The notes under the pieces were generated by a model. It was not told the DNA's origin. It did no database searches and worked only from the letters and a program-made list of their open reading frames with translations. Below, in pieces: positions 10,664 to 20,600 of a stretch of DNA of 64,000 nucleotides. The stretch's first letter is position 1. The number at the start of each line of letters is the position of its first letter. The stretch covers positions 768,001-832,000 of the forward strand of contig CBDCWI010000001.1 of the NCBI GenBank assembly GCA_965223325.1. Reading direction: 5' to 3'. This stretch comes from Candidatus Multivoradales bacterium (GTDB lineage: Bacteria; Acidobacteriota; Thermoanaerobaculia; Multivoradales; Multivoraceae). The translations under genes and the position numbers were made by a program.

Positions 10664-11332
10664 TCAAGCCCCCGCCAGCGCACGACGGAAACCGTCGGTG
10701 GTGACCACTCGATGTACCGCTTCGAGCAGCGCCTCCGAAAGCGCTTCGACATAGGTATCGCGCTCGAAGGAACGCCCGAAGCGCCGTGTGACTCCTCCCG
10801 TTGTGCCGAGGAACCTGGTCTTTCCGAGAGGGTCCGTGGCACGTAGAAGCAGGCCGACCTCGCCCAGGTAGGAGCGATCCTCAGTCACAAACAGCCGTCG
10901 CACTTCTCCACTCAGAACGATGTCGCCGCCGCTCTCGACGACCTCGAGCCCCATTTCCTCCAGGACCAGTCGCACATGCGAAGCGGCCCAATCGGCGACG
11001 TCGTCCTGGGTCGTCACGGGCTGCACGACACCGTCCTCCGCCCAGGTTCGGTTCTCGCCAACCAGGGCCGGGTTCGCTCGGCGATCAACAAAGTCGGCGA
11101 CCTCGATCCGCATCTGTCCCCACCCGGTGAGATCGATCGGCCCGAGTTCGGCGAGCTCCGTCACCGGGCGCCAGGACAAATCGAGTTCTCCCAAGACGCT
11201 TCCCATGTCGCGTCCAGCGAGCGCGTTCTGCATCGAAACCACGTGGGTCAAGGCTGCGAGCATGAACAAGGTCACCGCGAGGATGGTGATCGATCGTTCC
11301 TGTTGGTCCAGGTCGGTGGAATCGGCTTTCAT
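10664..11332 (-). CDS. Exported or membrane-anchored hypothetical protein (possibly YajG-like fold)
   Basis: N-terminal hydrophobic helix; IEVADFVDRR, DIVLSGEVRRLFVTE, EALSEALLEAV; sigma70-like promoter upstream. Confidence 0.65.
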   Translation of the reverse strand: MKADSTDLDQQERSITILAVTLFMLAALTHVVSMQNALAGRDMGSVLGELDLSWRPVTELAELGPIDLTGWGQMRIEVADFVDRRANPALVGENRTWAEDGVVQPVTTQDDVADWAASHVRLVLEEMGLEVVESGGDIVLSGEVRRLFVTEDRSYLGEVGLLLRATDPLGKTRFLGTTGGVTRRFGRSFERDTYVEALSEALLEAVHRVVTTDGFRRALAGA

Positions 11333-11400
11333 GACAGGACAGGCTCCGGTGTGCGCGAGGAAGGAAGCCCCAGAGCAAACAGAGGGGCCGCTCTGTCTTG

Positions 11401-11471
11401 AAACTAGTTTAACTAGTGTATCGTGTCAACCTCCTTAATTCCTTTTTTCGATTATATCTCGTATATAATCG
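11401..11471. promoter_or_regulatory. Divergent promoter region with two operator-like palindromes
   Basis: Minus strand TTGACA-N17-TAGTTT (11429-11401) overlapped by ACTAGT-TTA-ACTAGT. Perfect inverted repeat CGATTATAT-N5-ATATAATCG (11449-11471) covers a plus-strand TATAAT. Confidence 0.65.
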
Positions 11472-11504
11472 GAACCCCGATCGGCAGCCGCCGTCGCAAG
11501 CGCC

Positions 11505-11690
11505 ATGAACACACGCTCAGCCCAGCAAACCACCAGCCCCGAGGATCTCGCTCGGGGGGGCAAGCGTTCCCGGCTGGTTGGCGCCGCCGCGACCCTGATC
11601 GCAGTCGCCGCCTGCTGCCTGGCCGGCCAGCCGGCCCTCGGAGTCCTCAGCGGCATGATCGTCGGTGGCATCGTGCTCCTGGTCTCCTGA
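11505..11690 (+). CDS. Small two-helix membrane protein
   Basis: 61 aa with two hydrophobic segments; TATAAT about 35 bp upstream. Confidence 0.5.
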   Translation: MNTRSAQQTTSPEDLARGGKRSRLVGAAATLIAVAACCLAGQPALGVLSGMIVGGIVLLVS

Positions 11691-11721
11691 GGGGAAACGC
11701 TGGGGAGCACGAATCCCTCTG

Positions 11722-12009
11722 CTAGCGCGCGTCGCGAATCGCGGTGCCGAGCGCCGCGGCACTCTCAGCGACGGCAGCACGGTCTTCGAGAAAGCGTGAG
11801 AGCTGGAAGAAGGCATGCATCATGCCGTCGAAGCGGTGCACGGTGACCGGCACACCTGCCTCACACAACTTGCGACCGTAGGCCTCGCCTTCGTCGCGAA
11901 GCGGATCGAACGCGGCGGTAGTGATGAAAGCCGGTGGCAGATCAGCCAACGAGGCCGCCAGGATCGGCGATGCACGATCGTCGTCTCGAGCTGCGGCGTC
12001 GGGAAGATA
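11722..12009 (-). pseudogene. 3' remnant of an HSL-family alpha/beta hydrolase (esterase)
   Basis: YLPDAAARDDDRASPILAASLADLPPAFITTAAFDPLRDEGEAYG...FDGMMHAF. In-frame TAG at 12028-12030; no HGGG/GDSAG half visible upstream. Confidence 0.75.
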
Positions 12010-12181
12010 GCTCGGGGGTCTGTTCCGCTATCGGAGGGACCTGGTTCAGAGCGGCGACAGCGAGCTGAGCGTCAACGAACTTCTGCGCATCTGGGGTGAA
12101 GCGGCATCGAGACGACCTCCGCGAGTTGAACGTCCGCCCGGTAGCGGCGCTCCACCCTACCGCGCGGTGGCTCCCCGATGA

Positions 12182-13183
12182 TTACGTCGGGGCAAGTGCC
12201 GGAGTCAGCTTGCCAACCGCCACCAGCGCGCTTCGGCCGCCGACTCCGACCGCGGTCACCCGCCCACTCTGTTTCCGGGCGCTTGCCCAGAGCTGACTCG
12301 GGCGGCCCATCTCGATCCCCTGGTGCAGAAGCCATTCGAAGTCGCCGTCGGGCGCCGCCTCGAGACTGGCCAGGAGACCGGCCAACACACAAGCGGCGCT
12401 GCCGGTCGCGGGGTCCTCAGTGACGCCCGCCCCGGGCGCGAACATACGCACGCGCAGGTCGGGCCCTTCTTCCGAGTCAGCCGGGATGCCAACCTCACGC
12501 GTATACAGGCTGATCCCGGTCGGCACCAACGCGCCCGGCTCATCCAGCGGACCTCCAAGAGCAGCGCCGAGCAGCGCTGGCGAAGGTGTTGCGCGAGCGA
12601 GCGCCGCCAGCGTGGCGACTTCGGCGACCCCGAAACTGACCCCCGAGCGCACCTGGCAGGGCGGGTGAAGCGACGTCACCAGGTCGCGTTCCTCTAGACC
12701 AACTGCCGCTGCGACCGCCGGCACTTCGAGGTCCGCGAGACGTTCGAACCCCTGTGGCGCAGTCAGCCGACAGAAACCCGGGCGCCAGCCGACTTTGCCC
12801 TCTTCGAGCTCGACCTCGATCGGCACCAGGCCGGCGTCTTCGTCGAAGGTCACCGTGACGCGTGGCGGCTGCCCCCCGTTCGCCGGGTGCACTCCGAGTT
12901 CCTCGGGATCGAGGTAGCCGGCCTCGAGAAGCGCGAAGGCGGTTCCCAGGTTCGGGTGACCGGCAAACGGTAACTCGAGCTCGGGCGTGAAGATCCGCAC
13001 GCGGCGATTGGCGTCATTGCGATGCGACGGAAGAACGAAGGTCGTTTCGGAAAAGTTGAGCTCCTTGGCAATCGGTTGCAGCAGCTCAACCGGTATGCCC
13101 TCGGCTTGCGGAAAGACTGCCAGCTGATTCCCAGCCAGGGCCTGGTGGGTAAAGACGTCGACTAGCAGGAAGGCGGGATTCAC
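12182..13183 (-). CDS. PhzF family epimerase/isomerase
   Basis: VDVFT...GNQLAV, ELNFSETTFV, RIFTPELELPFAGHPNLG, EDPATGSA, QGIEMGRPS; GTG start overlaps the msrB stop. Confidence 0.92.
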   Translation of the reverse strand: MNPAFLLVDVFTHQALAGNQLAVFPQAEGIPVELLQPIAKELNFSETTFVLPSHRNDANRRVRIFTPELELPFAGHPNLGTAFALLEAGYLDPEELGVHPANGGQPPRVTVTFDEDAGLVPIEVELEEGKVGWRPGFCRLTAPQGFERLADLEVPAVAAAVGLEERDLVTSLHPPCQVRSGVSFGVAEVATLAALARATPSPALLGAALGGPLDEPGALVPTGISLYTREVGIPADSEEGPDLRVRMFAPGAGVTEDPATGSAACVLAGLLASLEAAPDGDFEWLLHQGIEMGRPSQLWASARKQSGRVTAVGVGGRSALVAVGKLTPALAPT

Positions 13184-13635
13184 CCTTCGTCCTCGGGCTC
13201 GAAGCGAAGAGCGACACCGTTGTTGCAGAAACGCTGGCCGGTCGGCTGCGGGCCGTCTGCGAAGACGTGACCCTGGTGACCGCCACAACGTACGCAGTGG
13301 TACTCGGTGCGAGGAACCACGAGCTTCCAGTCACGACGTGTCTCCAGGCGCCCCGGCAGCGCGGTATGGAAACTCGGCCAACCGGTACCACTGTCGTACT
13401 TGGCATCCGAGTGAAAGAGCGCCAGGCCACACCCGGCGCAGCGAAACACCCCACGGCGCTTCTCGAGGTTGAGCGCCGAGGTACCGGCAGGTTCAGTTCC
13501 TTCACGACGTAAGACCTGATAGGCGGCCGGCTCGAGCTCCGCCCGCCACTCTTCGTCGCTCTTGGTGATTGGTGCCAGCTCCTCCTCGTCGCTCGAGGCG
13601 GCGGTGGCCCTGCGATCGTCAACAGGCTCGGTCAT
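13180..13635 (-). CDS. msrB: Peptide-methionine (R)-S-oxide reductase
   Basis: EEWRAEL...YQVLRREGTE, CAGC, KYDSGTGWPSF, RTEYHCVRCGGHQGHVFADGPQPTGQRFCNNG. Alternative start at 13650. Confidence 0.95.
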   Translation of the reverse strand: MTEPVDDRRATAASSDEEELAPITKSDEEWRAELEPAAYQVLRREGTEPAGTSALNLEKRRGVFRCAGCGLALFHSDAKYDSGTGWPSFHTALPGRLETRRDWKLVVPRTEYHCVRCGGHQGHVFADGPQPTGQRFCNNGVALRFEPEDEG

Positions 13636-13642
13636 TTTGGTC

Positions 13643-13718
13643 GTTCCCATCTTCGGAGGTAGTTCCCATCTTCGGAGGTTCTTTCCATCTTCGGAGGTTC
13701 TTTCCATCTTCGGAGGTT
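13643..13718. repeat. 19-bp tandem repeat (4 copies plus degenerate copies) upstream of msrB
   Basis: (G/C)TT(C/T)CCATCTTCGGAGGT(A/T) at 13643, 13662, 13681 and 13700. Confidence 0.9.
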
Positions 13719-13963
13719 CGTCCCCTCCGGTAGGTCGCTGGCTTCCGCAGGGTCGGGGCCATGCTAGACCGCAGCCGCCCGGCGATTGGTCCTGGCACCA
13801 GCCTTGCGATGTCTGGTGGTTGTTGGAGCGTCGCACACGGTGGGCAGCAGGTTCCGCCAAACGACTCGCAGCGAGCCGCCGAAACCTGCGAATCCTCCCG
13901 CGTCGTTTCGGTGCGGCCCATGCCCCGTTTCTTTCCCGTTTGCTCTCCGAAGGAGTCCCCGCA

Positions 13964-14335
13964 GTGATTGACTTCAAAGATGCCCTCCCAGAGTTCTACG
14001 CTGAAATCAAGGCCGGCCTTGTTGCCTCAGGGAACCCCGACCTCGCGCGTGCCCTGGCGGCGCACAAGATTGCCCGTCAGAACTGGAACGCCCATCACGG
14101 CCGTATCGGGCTGGTGCCCGGTCCACCGCTGCCCGCCAACAGCAACTCCGTGCAAAGAGCTTCTAAATCAGGCGTCTTTCGCTGGTTGGACGTGAGCGTG
14201 TCGCGCGGCACGGTCGAAGTGCACCTCGATGGGGAGGACCGAGTCGCCGGACTCGAGGTGTTCAATCGGGCCGACGTGGCCGCCGCCCTCGCGCGCGCCG
14301 GCGTCCCCGAGGCGCCGATCGCGGCAACGATCTGA
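13964..14335 (+). CDS. Hypothetical protein
   Basis: AAGGAG then GTG at 13964; protein-like sequence IDFKDALPEFYAEIKAGL...VAGLEVFNR. Confidence 0.65.
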   Translation: MIDFKDALPEFYAEIKAGLVASGNPDLARALAAHKIARQNWNAHHGRIGLVPGPPLPANSNSVQRASKSGVFRWLDVSVSRGTVEVHLDGEDRVAGLEVFNRADVAAALARAGVPEAPIAATI

Positions 14336-14403
14336 TCGTCCCTCGACCGTCGCCAGGGCCCTCATGGCCGGCAGGGTCGGCTGGGAGGATTTGGTAGGTT
14401 CCC

Positions 14404-15318
14404 ATGATGCGAATCACCGAAGCTCTCAGTCGCGAAGAAATCGACTACTTCAACCAGAAGAGCGACCTGGCCGGCCTTTCGACCTTCTTGATCAACTACC
14501 TGTTGATTGCCGCTGCCTTCTTTGTCGTGGCGCGCTGGACCAACCCGCTCACGATCCTTCCGGCACTCGTCCTGCTCGGCAACCGCCAGCTCGGCCTGAG
14601 CGTCATGGAGCACGACTGTGGCCACAAGTCGCTCTTCAAGAGTCCCTTCCTGAACCGCGCCGTGGGCCGCTGGCTGTGCGCGGCACCAGTCTTCGGCGAC
14701 CTCGACTCATACATGGCCGTGCACAAGGTCCATCACGCCAAGGCCGGCTCCGACGAAGACCCCGATCGCGAGAACTACCGTCACTACGCCGTCCTGGCGG
14801 CAAGCTTCCGGCGCAAGATCGTTCGTGACCTCACCGGACAGACTGGCGTTCGCAACCTCACCCGCGCCTGGAAAGCGGGAGGGCTCTCTAGCTTCTGGCG
14901 CCCGCTGATCGTGAATGGGATCTTTCTCGGCGCTCTGACAGCCCTGGGTCGACCGGAGCTCTACCTGCTGTGGATCGGTGCCTACTTGACGACCTTCCAA
15001 CTGATCGCGCGCCTGCGTCAGGCCGCCGAGCACGCGGTCGTCCCCGACCTCGGCGACCCCGATCCACGCCGTCATACCCGCACCACGATCGCCCGCTGGT
15101 GGGAACGGCTGACTCTGGCACCCAATCGGGTCAACTATCACCTCGAGCATCACCTCCTACCGGGGGTGCCGCCGCACCGACTTCCCGAGCTCCACCACAC
15201 CCTCTACGATCGCGGCTTCACTCGCGACGCTGATATCGCGCATGGCTACGGCTCTGTGATCCGGCGCCTCGTGCGGCGCCCGAGCGAGGAGCCCACGACG
15301 GCTGAACCGGCGGGCTAG
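14404..15318 (+). CDS. Membrane fatty acid desaturase family protein
   Basis: Three His boxes HDCGH, HKVHH and YHLEHH, plus AEH; TM segments. Confidence 0.92.
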   Translation: MMRITEALSREEIDYFNQKSDLAGLSTFLINYLLIAAAFFVVARWTNPLTILPALVLLGNRQLGLSVMEHDCGHKSLFKSPFLNRAVGRWLCAAPVFGDLDSYMAVHKVHHAKAGSDEDPDRENYRHYAVLAASFRRKIVRDLTGQTGVRNLTRAWKAGGLSSFWRPLIVNGIFLGALTALGRPELYLLWIGAYLTTFQLIARLRQAAEHAVVPDLGDPDPRRHTRTTIARWWERLTLAPNRVNYHLEHHLLPGVPPHRLPELHHTLYDRGFTRDADIAHGYGSVIRRLVRRPSEEPTTAEPAG

Positions 15319-15442
15319 GGGTTCTCAGGCTGGATTCGGGGTTTTTCGGTTTTTTTGAGGCTACCGCGGAAAACCGGCTGGCAGCAGACTCCTATGGGAG
15401 TGCAAGGGGGAGAAACCCCCGGAATCACAGGCCCCAAACGCC

Positions 15443-15949
15443 ATGCTGCTGCTCAACGACAACGCGACGACCCTGGACTTGATCCACCACTATGGCCTCG
15501 CAGATGCCTGCTTCGGGCGCACCCGAACGGACGAGGCGAAGCGCCAGAGCGCACTGCGTGGCATTGATCAGCTCGAGCAGCTGCCGCTGCATCCGCGGGC
15601 GGAGACCACGCGCGCCCGACTCCTGTGCTGGGTCGTCGAGTCGCCTGAGTTTTCGGTGCAGCCGAACCCGCACTTTCTCGCCCGGCTGCTGAGTACTGAC
15701 CGTGCGGGCGCTCGCGCACTCGCAGCCCAACTGGTGCTGTCGACAACTGCCTACGCCCTGCGCAACCCGCAAGCTGCCGCCGATCAGCGGCGCCTGGACC
15801 GTGCCGGCGCCCTGGGCGTTCTGCGCGCCTATCGGCAGATGCGCACTGCCCGCCCTGAGGTGCGGTGGGAGTTTCTCGAGGCCTTGCTCGAGCGGACCGA
15901 GCGCGAAGTGCGGGAGCGGCGGTCTGGGGCGCACCCGATCGCTGCTTGA
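15443..15949 (+). CDS. Hypothetical protein
   Basis: 168-aa helical-looking ORF filling the gap; no motif recognised. Confidence 0.5.
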   Translation: MLLLNDNATTLDLIHHYGLADACFGRTRTDEAKRQSALRGIDQLEQLPLHPRAETTRARLLCWVVESPEFSVQPNPHFLARLLSTDRAGARALAAQLVLSTTAYALRNPQAAADQRRLDRAGALGVLRAYRQMRTARPEVRWEFLEALLERTEREVRERRSGAHPIAA

Positions 15950-16377
15950 CGCGAAGGAGTTGCTACGGCGGGTCGACCGGTTCACGTTCGCGAACGCCGT
16001 GCACGCCAGAAGAGAGGTGGCTCGATTCTCTGTCCTTGCCGCTTCTCTGGGTCCTTTTTCGTGGTTGTTGTGGGGTTTGGGGCGGGATTGACCTGGCGGG
16101 TGAACGCAAGGGCGACGCTCCTGGGCACGGTGACGCTCATCGGATTGCGATGGGTGGCGTCCCCTTCGCTCGACGGCCGTCTATCGTCTGTCGCCTGCGG
16201 TCGCCGTACTCGTGCTGGCGTCGAGAGAGCCCTGAAGCGTCGCCCCCATGCGCCCACCCGCACTCTCGCGCTGGGAAGCCCTTCCAACTTGGAGGGGACG
16301 CGGCATCTGGGCGGACGGGGATCTCGCTGAGGGCCCCGGGGGTATAGCGGTTGTCGCGGCTGGTGGCTTGGCCGATA

Positions 16378-16410
16378 CCCCTTCCACTCTTGGGGGTGGA
16401 AGGGGTTTCT
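16378..16410. terminator. Terminator-like hairpin between convergent genes
   Basis: CCCCTTCCAC...GTGGAAGGGG followed by TTTCT. Confidence 0.55.
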
Positions 16411-16433
16411 GGCCGGACCGGGATCTTGCTGTC

Positions 16434-17549
16434 TTAGTCGTCGGAGCCGGTTGAGGTGCCGCCGGTCTTTTTGGCTTTTGCTTCCTCTTCGAGGATGCGG
16501 GCGCCGCGCATAATGCCGCCCAGGGAGTAGTTGCCTTCGTGGCAGGCGTATTCGTAGACCTTTTTGTCGCTCGCTGGCCACGGGTACTCGCCGGTCCATG
16601 GCTCGGCCCAGGTCGAGGGATCTTCGACGGTGAACTGGTAGCGCAGGGTGTCTTTGTCGATACGCGAGAAGCGCTCGGTGACTTTGAGGTTGCGGGTGGC
16701 ACTGAACAGAGCGGGGTCGTCGTTGAAGTTGGTGGTTTCGACGACCAGGGTGTCGCCTTCCCACCAACCGATCGAATCTCCTAGCCAGCTGCGCACGTCG
16801 TCTGGCTGGTGCTCGGAGTTCAAACGCACGATGCGGGCATCGTGGTTCATCTCGACCAGGATGGTGACGGTCTCGTCGGTCTGGACGATGCGCTTGAGGT
16901 TGTTGTACATCACGGGCAGGGACGGTGGACCGGCGACTGAACCGAAGCCCAGCAAGCAGCGCTCGCCGGTGGGTCGCAGCTCGGGGTCGTCGTAGGGGCC
17001 GACGGGAAGGTCGATCCACCAGGCCTCGCCGGTGTTGGCGTGACGGAAGGCCGCACCTTCCTTCATGCGCGCCATGGCTTCGGGAGTCATCTTCGGCATG
17101 CGGCCGTTCGGCGGGTCGACGATGATGGAGGTGCGGTACTCGCCGTCGAGTTTGAAGGCGCTGTCGCCGAGGTCGACGTAGAAGGAGTTGTAGCCACCGA
17201 CACCGCCGGCGGCGCCGGAGAATTCGCGCGCCGCCGGCTCGACGCCACCTTCGGGCGGCGCCTCGCGGTTGGGATCGCTCTGCTCTTCGGTGAGGTTCTC
17301 GGCCCAGTACTTCGCGAGCTCCGCGGCTTCTTCTTCGGTGAAGGTCGCCTTGTCGCCCAGGCGGGCGGGCCGGGTGAGGGGGGTGAGAGTCGCGGTGTTG
17401 TAGGTACCGCTGAGATCTGGCTTGCCGTCCGGGCGACGCGGAATCTCCTCACCGGTCACCGGCCCGGCAAAGGCGACGAGGAGAAGGACGAGAGCTGCTG
17501 CCAGCGCCAGCAACCCAGGGGCCTGGCTCATGTTGAGACTGTGATGCAT
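16434..17549 (-). CDS. Conserved secreted hypothetical protein (GKPDLSG...EYACHEGN family)
   Basis: AGGAG then ATG at 17549; signal peptide; GKPDLSG, IVDPPNGRMP, ERCLLG, WLGDSIGWWEGDTLVVETTNF, YEYACHEGNY. Confidence 0.85.
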   Translation of the reverse strand: MHHSLNMSQAPGLLALAAALVLLLVAFAGPVTGEEIPRRPDGKPDLSGTYNTATLTPLTRPARLGDKATFTEEEAAELAKYWAENLTEEQSDPNREAPPEGGVEPAAREFSGAAGGVGGYNSFYVDLGDSAFKLDGEYRTSIIVDPPNGRMPKMTPEAMARMKEGAAFRHANTGEAWWIDLPVGPYDDPELRPTGERCLLGFGSVAGPPSLPVMYNNLKRIVQTDETVTILVEMNHDARIVRLNSEHQPDDVRSWLGDSIGWWEGDTLVVETTNFNDDPALFSATRNLKVTERFSRIDKDTLRYQFTVEDPSTWAEPWTGEYPWPASDKKVYEYACHEGNYSLGGIMRGARILEEEAKAKKTGGTSTGSDD

Positions 17550-17696
17550 TACGTTTCTCCTGACTGAAGCGCATGAAGTCATAGGGGACAGAGAGGTTCC
17601 TTCTGCTCTTTGGCTCTTTCGGGTGGCCCAAGCATAGCCCAACTGGCCGGTCGGCCAGTCTGACGCAAGTCAGTCTCTGGCACTCCGGGCCGCCGG

Positions 17697-20600
17697 CTAC
17701 TCGGCGACCGGCAACAGGATCGCTCCAACGCCCTTCTCGGCCAGCACACGGTCGAATTCCCTGACTTCGTCGAGCACCTGATCGAGGGCGCCGAGGGCAG
17801 CGTCGAGCTCCTCCTCGACATCGTTGGCTCGTTGCTTTGAGTCTTCGCCGGGCGGCTGATCGGCACCGAGGATCGAACCGAGGAGATAGGTCAGTTGACT
17901 GTCGAGCTGAGGCTCGAGTTCAGCGCCCACCTTGCCGCGCTCGACCTGAACCAGGATGCCCTCAGCCGCTTCGACCTGGGCGGCGAGGTCTGCGGCCTCA
18001 GACGCCAGGTCGGGAAACTGCTTGGCGGCTTCGAAGCGCCCCACCAGCGCACCGAGCTGCTGGCGCACCGACTCCGCGCGCCTGACCCCAGCGCGACCGC
18101 GATCGATCATCGCGACCACCCGGCGGGCAAGCTCGAACTGTTCCTCGAGGTCGTCTCGTCCGATTCCGGCGGCGACCGTGTGCGGATTGCGAAGAACGGT
18201 GAGGGTCGCCCGCGAGACCTGGGGATCCGACGACGAGTCGGCGGCCCGGCTGAGGCGCAGCTCGTAGTCGCCCGGCAGGATCATCGGCCCTTGAACGGCG
18301 CGACGCTCATGCAGGCCGCCTGGTGCGCCCTCGAGGCGCAGGTCCCAGGGCACGGCGTGCAAACCGCGGGTGGCGGGAATGTCCGCTGGGGTGAGGCTTT
18401 CGGCGTCGCCGTCCAAAGCGCCGGTAGCGTCATCGGTCGACTGCGAGGCCGCGGAGGGCGCGGCGGTTTCGTCGGCCGGTTCGGGAAGGGCCTCTTTGAT
18501 GTGCCTCCACGACTTCACCACTTCGCCGGCTGCATCGAGTACCTCGAGTGCGAGGCTCTCGCCACCCTCGAGATCGCTGCCCAACCAGTAGCGCAAGGTG
18601 ACCGGTGCAACCGGATACTGCGGCGCACGACCCGGGAAACTGCGTTCCAACGATGGCAAAGCGCGCTTGCGAAATGCCGGCGCGGGGGTAAGCAGAGCGA
18701 CCGCCTGTTCCTCGGAGGCACTTCCCGCTGCCACCTCACGTGCCGCGGCGCGCAGTGGCTCGAGGTCGTCGAGGATCCAGAACGAGCGCCCCATCGTCGA
18801 CAGCACGAGATCACGGTCTTTGACCATCATTCCGGTGATCGGAGTGGCCGGAAGGTTGAGTTGAAACTCGTGCCAGTTGCTCCCCCCGTCGAGCGAAACG
18901 TAGATCCCGCGCTCGGTTCCGAGGTAGACGAGGCCTCTGACCCGCGGGTCCTCGACCACCACCCGCACCGGGTTGTCCTGGGGAATGCCACTTCCCGGTC
19001 CGCTCTGGTGCGTCCAGGTCGAGCCGTGGTCATCGGTAGAGAAGAGCCACGGTCGCCAGTCGTCGAGCAGGTAGCGGTAGATCGCCACCCAGGCGCGACC
19101 CTCCTGGTGCGCTGAGAGGTGGATCGAGTTGACCCGTCCGCCGCCTGGAACCTCGACCCGCGCGAGCTTGCCGGGCGTTACGTCTCGCCAGGTCTCGCCG
19201 GCGTCGGTCGTTATGTGGAGCGGACCGTCGTTGGAACCCGCCCACAGCGTGCCGGCTTCGAGGGGCGACTCGGCGAGCGCGTAAAGGGCTGAGTAGATCT
19301 CTTCACCGGTGATGTCGTGGGTTATCGGCCCCCCCGAGTAACCCTGCGTTTCGTCTTCGAAGGCGGTGAGATCGGGACTGATCGTGCGCCAGTTTCTGCC
19401 GCTGTCACGGCTGGTGTGGACGACGTGAGAACCGTGAAAGAGCACTGCCGGATCATGCGGCGAGACGATCATCGGGGCGACACGTTGAAACCGATAGGGC
19501 ATCTCGCGCGTGTCGTGACCGTAGTTGAAATGCGGATAGACCCAGAACTGCTGCACCTCACCGGTCGAGCGATCGAAGACGCTGTGACGGCCCTTACAAC
19601 CCGCGTACACGCGGTTGGGGTTCGCCGGGTCCGGCACCACCGGCCCGGTCTCGCAGCCGGCGGTCTCGAGCCAGTTCTGTTTGGGGTCGAGCGGCCTTTC
19701 GAAGAGCGCACTGGGCACCGAGATCGTTGTGTTGTCCTGCTGCGCACCGTAGAGGCGGTAGGGGACGTCGTTGTCAACCGCAACCTGGTACAGCTCGGCG
19801 GTCGGCTGGTTGTCCTGACGCGACCAGCTCTCGCCGCCGTTGACCGTCACCGTCGCTCCACCGTCGTTGCCCTGCACCATCAAGTCGGAGTCTTCCGGGT
19901 GGATCCAGAGGGCATGGTGATCGCCGTGCGGCGTCGCAACCGACTCGAAGTTCGCCCCGCCGTCGATCGAACGCCAGAAGCTCTCGTTGCTCACCCAGAC
20001 TTTGTCGCGATCGTTGGGATCGGCCGTGAGGTGGGTGTAGTAGAAGGGGCGATTGGTCAGACTCGACTGTGCCGAAACGCGCACGAACTGTTTTCCGCCG
20101 TCGTCGGAGCGCCACAGGCCCCGCCCGTCGCCCGGCGCCTCGACCAGCGCCCAGACGCGCGAAGGGTCAGCCGGTGAAATTTCGACCGCAATCCGGCCAA
20201 CCGTCGGGCCGGGCAGTCCGCCGCCGACTTTCGACCAGCTCTCGCCACCGTCGGTCGTCGACCACACGCCACCTTCTGAGCCGCCGCTTTGAATCGTCCA
20301 GGGTTTGCGCTCCGCCTCCCACATCGCAACGAACAAGCGCCGCGGGTTGCGGGGATCGAGCGTCAGGTCTACGGCACCGGTTCGGTCCGAGACGAACAGA
20401 ACGCGCTCGAAAGTCTCACCGCCGTCGATGGTCTTGTAGACCCCGCGCTCGGTACTCGGGCCGAAGGGATGCCCCAGCACCGCCAGCCAGGCGGTGTCGG
20501 GATCGGTCGGGTGCACGACGACGTCGCCGATCGCTCCCGCATCGGAGAGACCGAGAAACCCCCAGGTCTCGCCACCGTCCACCGAGCGCCACACGCCACG

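Noticed and set aside
15333-15426. Short hairpins upstream of ORF 15443 as a riboswitch
   Set aside because: No match to an aptamer consensus I can recognise; more likely a terminator or promoter region.
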